The notes beneath the pieces are model-generated. The model searched no databases, was not told the DNA's origin, and saw only the letters and a list, made by a program, of their open reading frames with translations. Source: Stegostoma tigrinum (Eukaryota). Taken from it: a stretch of 64,000 nt of DNA. The translations under genes and the position numbers were made by a program. Location: positions 20,854,629 to 20,918,628 of the forward strand of contig NC_081391.1 in assembly GCF_030684315.1 (NCBI RefSeq), read 5' to 3'. Numbering within the stretch: position 1 is the stretch's first letter; every line of letters starts with the position of its first letter. Positions 47,845 to 64,000 of the stretch are shown here, piece after piece.

Positions 47845-50800
47845 TCTATCCATGTCTCTCTCCATGTCTCCGAAATGGCCACGACATTGAAGTCCCAGGT
47901 ACTAACCCATGCTGCAAGTTCACCCACCTTATTCCGGACGCTCCTGGCGATGAAGTAGACACACTTCAAACCAACTTCTTGCTTGCCAGTGACATCTTGC
48001 GTCCCTGAAACGTTATCTCGGACCTCCCTACTCTCAAACTTTTCTATACTCGAACTACAATTTTGGTTCCCATTCAGCAGGGGGGGTGGGAACCAAAATT
48101 GTAGTTCGAGTATAGAAAAGATTGAAAGTAGGGAGGTCCAAGATAAAGTTTCAGGGACGCAAGATGGCACCGGCAAGCAAGAAGTTGGTTTGAAGTGTGT
48201 CTACTTCAACGCCAGGAGTGTCCGGAATAAGGTGGGTGAACTTGCAGCATGGGTTAGTACCTGGGACTTCGATGTTGTGGCCATTTCGGAGACATGGATA
48301 GAGCAGGGACAGGAATGGTTGTTGCAGGTTCTGGGATTTAGATGTTTCAGTAAGAACAGAGAAGATGGTTAAAGGGGTGGATGTGTGGCATTATTGGTCA
48401 AGGACAGTATTACAGTTGCAGAAAGGATGTTTGGGGACTCGTCAACTGAGGTAGTATGGGCTGAGGTTAGAAACAGGCAAGGAGAGGTCACCCTGTTGGG
48501 AGTTTTCTATCGGCCTCCGAATAGTTCCAAAGATGTAGAGGAAAGGATAGCAAAGATGATTCACGATAGGAGTGAGAGAGACAGGGTAGTTGTCATGGGG
48601 GACTTCAACTTTCCAAATATTGACTGGGAACACTATAGTTCAAGTACTATAGATGGGTCAGTTTTTGTCCAGTGTGCACAGGAGGGCTTCCTGACACAGT
48701 ATGTATATAGGCCAGCAAGGGGTGAAGCCACATTAGATTTGGTACTGGGTAATGAGCCTGGCCAGGTGTTAGATTTGGAAGTAGGTGAGCACTTTGGTGA
48801 TAGCGATCACAATTCTGTTATGTTTACTTTAGTGGTGGTAAGGGATAGGTGTATACCACTGGGCAAGAGTTATAGCTGGAGGAAAGGCAATTATGATGAG
48901 ATTAGGAAAGATTTAGGGAGCATAGGATGGGGAAGGAAACTGCAAGGGATGGGCACATTAGAAATGTGGAGCTTATTCAAGGAAAAACTCCTGTGTGTCC
49001 TAGATAAATATGTACCTGTCAGGCAGGGAGGAAGCTGCAGAGCGCGGGAGGCATGGTTTACAAAGGAGGTGGAATCTCTGGTCAAGAGGAAGAAGAAGGC
49101 TTATGTTAGGATGAGATGTGAAGGCGCAGTTAGGGCGCTTGAGGGTTAGAAGGTAGCCAGGAAAGACCTAAAGAGAGAGCTCAGAAGAGCCAGGAGGAGA
49201 CATGAGAAGTTGTTGGTGGATAGGCTCAGGGTAAACCCTAAGGCTTTCTATAGGTATTTAAGGAATAAAAGAATGACGAAAGTAAGATTAGGGCCAATCA
49301 AGGATAGTAGTGGTAAGTTGTGTGTGGAGTCAGAGGAGATAAGGGAAGCACTAAATGAATATTTTTCAACAGTACTCACTCCAGAAAACGACAATGTTGT
49401 CGAGGAGAATACTGAGATACAGGCTACTAGACTAGGTGGGATTGAGGTTCACAAGGAAGAGGTATTAGAAATCCTACAGAGGGTGAAGATAGATAAGTCC
49501 CCTGGGCTGGATGGCATTTATCCTAGGATCCTCTGGGAAGCCAGGGAGGAGATTGCCGAGCCTTTGGCTTGATCTTTAACTCATCTTTGTCTACAGGAAT
49601 AGTGCCAGATGACTGGAGGATAGCAAATGTGGTTCCCTTGTTCAAGAAGGGGAGTAGAGACAACCCTGGTAATTATACACCAGTGAGCCTTACCTCAGTT
49701 GTTGGTAAAGTGTTGGAAAAGGTCATAAGAGATAGGATTTATAATCATCTAGAAAAGATTAAATTGATTAGGGATAGTCAGCACGGTTTTGTGAAGGGAA
49801 GGTCGTGCCTCACAAACCTTATTGAGTTCTTTGAGAAGGTGACCAAACAGGTAGATGAGAGTAAACCGCTTGATGTGGTGTATATGGATTTCAGCAAGGC
49901 ATTCGATAAGGTTTCCCACAAAAGGCTATTGTACAAAATGCGGAGGAATGGAATTGTGGGAGATATAACAGTTTGGATCAGAAATTGGCTTGCTGAAAGA
50001 AGACAGAGGGTGGTAGTTGATGGGAAATGTTCATCCTGGAGACCAGTTACTAGTGGTGTACCGCAAGGGTCGGTGTTGGGTCCACTGCTGTTTGTCATTT
50101 TTATAAATGACCTGGATGAGGGCGTAGAAGGATGGGTTAGTAAATTTGCAGACGACACTAAGGTCAGTGGAGTTGTGGATAGTGACGAAGGATGCTGTAG
50201 GTTTCAGAGAGCCATAGATAAGCTGCAGAGCTGGGCTGAGAGGTGGCAAATAGAGTTTAATGCAGACAAGTGTGAGGTGATGCACTTTGGTAGGAGTAAC
50301 CAGAAGGCAAAGTACTGGGCTAATGGTAAGATTCTTAGTAGTGTAGATGGGCAGAGAGATCTCGGTGTCCATGTACACAGATCCTTGAAAGTTGCCACCC
50401 AGGTTGACAGGGTTGTTAAGAAGGTATACAGTGTTTTAGCTTTTATTAATAGAGGGATCAAGTTCCGGAACCAAGAGGTTATGCTGCATCTGTACAAAAT
50501 TCTGATGCGGCTGCAGTTGGAGTATTGCGTGCAGTTCTAGTCACCGCATTATAGAAGGATGTGGAAGCTTTGGAAAGGGTGCAGAGGAGATTTACTAGGA
50601 TGTTGCCTGGTATGGAGGGAAGGTCTTACGAGGAAAGGCTGAGGGACTTGAGGCTGTTTTCATTAGAGAGAAGAAGGTTGAGAGGTGACTTAATTGAAAC
50701 ATATAAAATAATCAGAGGGTTAGATAGGGTGGATAGGGAGAGCCTTTTTCCTAAGATGGTGACGGCGAGCACGATGGGGCATAGCTTTAAATTGAGGGGT

Positions 50801-51043
50801 GAAAGATATAGGACAGATGTCAGAGGTAGTTTCTTTACTCAGAGAGTAGTCAGGGAATGGAACGCTTTGCCTGCAACGGTAGTAGATTCGCCAACTTTAG
50901 GTACATTTAAGTCGTCATTGGATAAGCATATGGACGTACATGGAATAGTGTAGGTTAGATGGGCTTGAGATCGATATGACAGGTCGGCACAACGTCAAGG
51001 GCCGAAGGGCCTGTACTGTGCTGTAATGTTCTATGTTCTATGT
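47845..51043 (+). mobile_element. Near-complete CR1 LINE ORF2 (APE endonuclease + RT), disrupted
   Basis: Motifs YFNARSVRNK, VAISETW, GVFYRPP, MGDFNFPNIDW, LDLVL, SDH; RT QHGFVKGRSCLTNL, YMDFSKAFDKV, GVPQGSVLGPLLF, KFADDTK; broken at about 48372, 49149, 49570 and 50540; (TTCTATG)n tail. Confidence 0.93.
47861..48298. repeat. ~212-bp-arm inverted repeat at the CR1 5' end
   Basis: 47861-48072 is the near reverse complement of 48087-48298; the ORF track shows mirrored peptides on both strands. Confidence 0.92.
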
Positions 51044-51364
51044 AGATTGTCTCACATGCAATTCAGCAGCAGCAGAGAGACATAAACCATGATGTGATAG
51101 CTCAGTGAAAGTAGAAGCCAGGAGCCATTAACTGCAGCCTTCAATCCTGTTGAGACTCCAACAGCAACTGCTTCAAGCTGAATCTAAAACCTCGGAAAGA
51201 CTGGAATTCCCGATCTGAGAACTGGCCACACCCAGCCAGGTTGCTTCTATTGTTCCAACTTTTAAAAAAATTGCAAGGCCTCACAAGTTCGTTATCCTCT
51301 CATTGACTGCTCACCACTTGACCCCTTATCACAGAATAATGATCTGTAACTGTCCGTATTTCAA

Positions 51365-51529
51365 ATCTCTGATTGGCTCTGTCTTTCAGCACTTTTCCCC
51401 AACAGTCCCCTTTACCTTGTTTGTTGGTGGCTGGATTCTTGGAGATTCCTGACTGGCTGTCCGGAATTGTCAATCATCATTCGTGATGTCATCCCTGTCG
51501 GCATGTGCAATGTCCCAGGAGTATAAATA
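51365..51529 (+). promoter_or_regulatory. Promoter module of copy 9 (TATAAATA 51522-51529)
   Basis: ctctgATTGGctc, gTGATGTCAt and TATA conserved. Confidence 0.7.
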
Positions 51530-51594
51530 CAAGAACTTGGGGCAGAGCTTTAGTTCTACAATTGCCCAGGTGGTAGTGAGCAGGAATAGTGAAG

Positions 51595-53304
<1,710 letters not shown>

Positions 53305-54109
53305 ACTGCAGGGAGCAAACTTGTGGTTTTTTTGTATAAATGGGAGATATCTAGACAAGCTGAGTTTTCTGCTTCTAAAAATAGATGAGATGTGATCTCT
53401 ATTGTGAAATGTGACAACTGGCAATAAACTATACAAAGCTACATTGTGTTTTTCTGAGTTTGCACAAAATCTCCACTATCAAGTGGGTTAAGTAGACAAT
53501 GACAAGTAACATTTAACATGGTGAATAGTTGTGGCAAGGTGATCCATTTTTCCCTTTTGAAATACTTGCACACAGTTTAGCTGCCTTGCCTATTAGCTGC
53601 TGTCTTGGTCTCTCTGGTGACCAATGGGGTGGCCCTTGAGTAACCATGATACCTCAGTTTGGACAAAGCAGTGTGACCGCTGAATGTTCGTTGCATCTTT
53701 AAATCACTTTTGTTTCACCAAAACAAGTATCACTCCCCAGTTACCAGTTCTGTTTGTGTGGATTGACTGTGTCTATTGGTGGCATCTGTCTCCTGCCTGC
53801 TTTGGCGTGTCACACGAACAGTAGGTCCTGATATGAACATCCATCACCCTGTCTGCTGTGCCTATGGCAAAAAATGCTCCTCAGGAGCACAATCATTTGT
53901 TTCAGGACTGAAACCTTTTCGAAACCAGATATTGTCCTGGGCAAACTTCAAGCTATAACATAAAGAAAAAGGCCATTCTTATCTACTCAAACAATGGCAA
54001 TTTAGGGATTTGCACAAGCTGTTTGAATCTGACGCAGGGACCTCATTAGAATGAATTTCCTCCAAACATCTTGTTCTGTCATTGCCCCGACCAAATTCCT
54101 TTTTCTAAG

Positions 54110-54210
54110 ATCATTGGTGCACGGATGATTTGATTGGTTAGCTGGCATTGTCAATCATTGGTGATGCCTCCTCCCTGACTTGGTGCAGGATGTTCCCAGG
54201 AATATAAATA
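54110..54210 (+). promoter_or_regulatory. Promoter of copy 10 (TATAAATA 54203-54210)
   Basis: ATTGG motifs and cccaggaaTATAAATA present; TGATGTCA diverged to TGATGCCT. Confidence 0.65.
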
Positions 54211-54260
54211 CAAGCTTGTGCTGGTGAGGCTCAGTTGAAGACTTGTCCAGGTGATAGTGA

Positions 54261-57129
<2,869 letters not shown>

Positions 57130-57327
57130 TGAGAGTTTTAGAACAAACTGTTCCAATACACAGACCTAGTTCTGGTGAACTTTGTGACTTATCCAATCTC
57201 TCATTCTGCCGAGAAATAAAATATTTGTGGAACTGGCTTTCATATCTCTCTGTATGATTACCTATCTGATCTGACTATTGGATATTAGGACAAACCTAAC
57301 TGGAAAATATATACAGTATAGACTTCA

Positions 57328-57452
57328 ATATAGGCCCGAAATGTCAGCTTTCTTGCTCCTAAGATGCTGCTTGGCCTGCTGTGTTCATCCAGCTTCACAC
57401 CTTGTTATCTTATTGGATTCTCCAGCATCTGTAGTTCCTATTATCTCTGATA
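57328..57452 (+). mobile_element. Short Penelope-terminal-derived repeat
   Basis: 'taggcccgaaatgtcagc...gatgctgcttggcctgctgtgttcatccagc...ttctccagcatctg'; 'atacagtata' occurs on both sides. Confidence 0.72.
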
Positions 57453-58559
57453 CAGTATAAATTCTATTCACTTCAATATCTGCCCACAATAGTTATTATT
57501 GTTTCTATATGTATATAATATTTCAATGCTTCATGAAATTTTGAATTAATTTTCCTCCAAAGGGATTCTCTGTGAAGCATTCACTGTTTTCATAAAAAAC
57601 CTAGCGTGACATCAATCCTGTAGCTGTGCACCATTTAATCTGTAGCATGTTATCACCTTTTTTCTCCAGAAGACTTTCGACACTACCCTTCCTTTTTGTC
57701 CTTTCGTGTCGTCCTTCCAACACAGCTGAAGGGTGCTCTTGGTTTTTATTTAACAATTACAAGCCATCAATCATTTAGATCCCCATTCATCCACCTGTAC
57801 ACTTTCTAGGTGCAATATGTGTCAAATAGCACTGAAAGCATTTCTTAGACATCAGAATATAAGGTCTGGGTTCCAGATGAAACTTTCAGAAGAGAAGAAA
57901 ACAAGCTTCTATTTGCAGCTTGCGGATTTCCTGGGAGTAAGACTTAAGGTGAGAACCACAAAGGAAGTGGAGTTGTGTTCAAGGCATTTTGCCCTCGTGT
58001 TCTACTTCCTTCCTGCTCGCCTTCATCCAAACTTTGTTGATTCATAGCCCAGCTTGTCCTGTGCAGGGCGCTTTTTCCAATTTCCTTTATTTTTGAAACA
58101 ATGCTCCCAGCAGGGAACCGCAGCAGGGGAATGTGGAATGGATTATACTCAGGAGGAGAGGTCCAATTTACAAACTTGTTCATTTCCAATGTTGCGAAGC
58201 TCTGAGAGTGGAGCGTTGCGTTTACTCAACTAGAAACCCAATTTCAGTAATATTTACAAGTTTTCCAGATAATGGGGGGAGGAGAAAAGCTTTTAAATCT
58301 GCTTGAGGGGAAAAAGTTCAGCTTTTGACGAGAAAGGGGGCAATAAGTTGTGAACTCAGAGCAGGTTACAATTTCTGGGTGCAGAGTCCCGCAGCATCAG
58401 CTTTCCATTCAGTTTCTAAACGGAATAAATGAAAGAGTACAGTCCAATCCACTTTTGTGAATCTGCTGTGGGGTGGGTGATCGTAAGTACTGTAGATGGG
58501 GGTAGAAAATCGCATAACAGTCACACGGAAAAATGTAAATCATTTGAGGAGATCAGGCA

Positions 58560-59570
58560 TGGATCCTAAAAAGGAAAACCACATTTACCTAACTCCCAGG
58601 AGTTCTGGTGATAAGGTAACCAAGAGTGTTGCTGTTAGTGTGGTCTATGTGGAATTACAAAAAACATTTGATGCAGTGCCACATGACAGGCTTTTCCACA
58701 ATGTTAAAGCTGATGTGGAATTGGACTTGCCCAAGTGACTCAAAATAGAAGTTCATGGCTAATGGATGTTCTTTGGACCGTGGGGATGGTTTGTAGTTTG
58801 TTCCACAGGTTCCAGGGTGGGAGCCATGCTTTTTCTAAAGAAATTTAATGGCTTAGACCTTGGTGTAAAGGACGCAATTTCAAAATTTGTACATGATAAG
58901 AAACTTAGTGTGAGGACCATGGTGCAGAACTTCAAAAGGACATAGGCAAGTTGGTGGAATCGGCACGCAAGTGGCAGATGAAGTTCAATGCAGAAAAAAT
59001 GTGGGAACAAGATAAAGAGACAATGTAACATAAAAGGTGCAACCCTAAAGAGGGTGCAGGTGTGAGTGAACTTGGATGGTGCATTTGCATTCAGTCATTG
59101 AAGGTGGAAGGACTGATTAAGAGAGGTGTTAATAAAACACATAGTGCCATGAACACCGAATTTCAGGTGTGAGGATAGACTGGAGAAGCTGGGATTATTC
59201 TGTCTGGAGAACAAACGACTCAATTTCATGAGGGATCCAGACAGAACAAACAGGGGCACGATGTTCCCATTTGTGAAAGGGTCAGGTGCAAGAAGGCACA
59301 GGTTTAAAATTGGCAAAAGAAGCTGAAGTGATCTGCGAAAATAAAAACCTTCCAACACAGCGAGTGGATAGGGTGTGAAATGTATAGTCCGAGAGTGTGT
59401 TGGAGGCAGGTTCAATTCACGCATTCAAAAGGGAATAGGACTGATATCTGAAAGGGAATAACATGGAGATTACAGGGACAGTGCAGGAGAATGGCAAGAG
59501 GTGAAACGCTCAGCGAGTTGGTGGTGGATACGATGGGCTGAATGGTCACCATCAGCACCGTAATAACCGT
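58560..59570 (+). mobile_element. Old degenerate CR1-like LINE
   Basis: Eroded RT-like strings ('caaaaaacatttgatgcagtgccacatgacagg', 'tggcagatgaagttcaatgcagaaaaatgtg') and a CR1-type tail 'gatgggctgaatgg'. Confidence 0.55.
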
Positions 59571-60445
59571 GTGGCAGTGGGCAGATATGAAAGCCGAATT
59601 AAAAAGGCCAGAACGTGCTCAGTTTCCCCCCAAGCCGGCTGGACAACAAAACAGCATGTGTTGTAATACAACAGCATAGAAGTGGCATCAGAGCACATTT
59701 GGAGCGCTGTGCTGAGCTCTGACAGGGTTATTTGAGGGACCTTAGCACAGATTCACCAGCATTTTCTCAGCCCCAAGCTGGTTACGTTATGAATACAGTT
59801 TACATCAACTAGCCTTGTCCTTGCAAGAGTGTGGAAGACTCAAGAACGAATATTATCCAGGTACATTGGATTATTAATGGATCTAATCGTGCCGTTAGAC
59901 AATGTACTGTTTCCTGTGGCGAAGTAATCCTGGAAAAGGGGGAATAATCTTCAGATCAAAGCTATGGTAATCAGTGATGATGCTTTTTTTTCTCAAACAT
60001 TATATTATCACTCCCAACATTCTGCAAGTCAATTGGACATTTCAAAACTGATTTGTTGAGCTGTGTTAGTTCAGAATATGATGTGATGTGGAACCCAGGC
60101 AAAGGTATTAAATGAAGACACAGACTCGCACTGATATAGTTGAATGGGGGAACAGGCTTGAGAGGCTGAATGGTCTCATTATCACAGAATAATAATCTGA
60201 ACCTGACTGTTGCCCAAATCTCTGGTTGACTCTGGGTCAGCTCATTGCACCACACACCCTCTCCTTTGTTCATTGGTGCCTGGGTTCTTGGAGATTCCTG
60301 ATTTGCTGCCAGAGATTGTCAATCATTGTTAGTGATGTCATCCCTGGCTGAGAATGGGATGTCCCAGGAATATAAATACAAGAGTTTGTCATAGTGTAGC
60401 TTAGTTTTAGAGTTGTCTAGGTGATAGTGAGCAGCAATATTGATG

Positions 60446-62702
<2,257 letters not shown>

Positions 62703-64000
62703 GAGGGGTCAATAATGTGTATGTTGTACATAGTGACATAATGCTAGTAACTTGGTTGTGCTCTGAGCAAATCAAAATAGTGTTCACCATGGAACTGAGT
62801 ACTTTGTATAATTTCACAGCTGTTTCTGGCTCTTGGTATTTCTATTTGACTTCTGATCATGAAATCTTCTTCTGTTATTTCTGATTAACCTTTAATTCAA
62901 TGCCTGCCCCAGTAGTTTGCTCCTCTCTTCTCTGTAGCAATTCAGTAGGCAACTGATGTAGTGGAAATCCCACAAGTGTTCTTTTTTTTTTCTGGGGCTA
63001 GTAAACAGTTTTGGACTGACAAACACTTTTTCAGGGCCAAGGGCCAGCTTCTAGTCATACCTTGACTGAGACCAGAACCCTGCCTAAACATTTGGAACTG
63101 AACTGGAGCCCTGCCCTGTGCCATGTTCAGTCTCACTGGAATAAGCAGCTGCAGGAAATCTCAGGTTTGGCTGCACCTGTGGAAAGAACTGTTCAGTCCC
63201 AGGACCAGAGACACATCATTTCCTGCCAGATGTTGCCACACCTGTGAGTTTTTCTACCAATTTGTTCTACCACCTCAAATCTAATGATTTGAGCATACAT
63301 TCACGTTTCAAAACAGGAATATAAAGTGAAAAAATTTAGCATTGAAGATGCACTGATCTTTTTATCCTCTTTAGATAAGCAATTGCTACAAATGGTTTCT
63401 CTCCCATTTCCTTTGCTCCTTTATCACTGGTGGAAGGAATGAGTCTAATGGCTGCCTGTAAGAGAATGGGAAAACTTGTTTTCGCTTGTCTCAGGCTCTC
63501 GCTCATGTGCTCTCCAGAGAGAATGACCTGTTAGTCAAGGCAGCAGTGCCCACCTTCGAGCTCATGTGGCACAACTTCGATCAGTGCTCTGCAACATAAA
63601 GATGACAAATGCCAAGTACACCAGGTGAAAATAAAGCTAGAACCCAAATACCACTAGGAGAAATCAGCAGTTCCAATATTTAGCTCTATTTTCAATGAAA
63701 TCAGCTCTCCTGCTCTCAAGTGCCCTGCATGTGACAACACATGCACTGCTCTGTGCCTGCCTAGTTCCTGATGCTCGGGTGGATGTCTGAGCTGACAGCA
63801 TTTATTATCAATTTCAAACTGCCCCAAGGCCAGGTCAGAGGTGCACACATCGCTAAGGTTACAGGGTCATATGCAGGCCAGGCTTGGTAAGGATGGGTTT
63901 TTGACACTGAATTGAATGCTCCTCATTACCTTCTTAATTCCAGAGCGGTGTCAGATAGAATCAGGAGATCAGGCCAACACTCCAGAAACTTGATGGCCTC

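Noticed and set aside
62750-64000. Possible further gene at the right end
   Set aside because: No ferritin exon or credible coding signal; only short ORFs and eroded repeat-like sequence.

Overview
Eukaryotic genomic DNA, very probably from a shark or other cartilaginous fish (inferred from HE1/V-SINE-like, CR1 and Penelope repeat content). The window is a head-to-tail, all plus-strand tandem array of four-exon ferritin genes (H/M-chain type, 173-176 aa). I count 11 gene bodies plus 2 extra first exons. Reading each exon by hand: 2 copies are fully intact (886-2631, 54276-57129), 1 has an open frame but a GC intron-1 donor (51595-53304), 1 is intact except for a single in-frame TGA at a conserved Cys codon (34007-36686), and 7 carry stops, frameshifts, deletions or insertions. 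Exons are near-identical across copies while introns fall into a few non-alignable classes that are shuffled between copies. The best-preserved copies share a compact CCAAT-CCAAT-TGATGTCA-TATA promoter, and I see no iron-responsive element in any 5'UTR. Spacers hold a co-duplicated Gypsy-like RT relic, two Penelope-like elements, many short Penelope-derived repeats with hammerhead-ribozyme cores (often head-to-head), CR1 LINEs (one with a ~210-bp fold-back palindrome) and SINEs. Repeat boundaries are approximate because no alignment or database search was possible.
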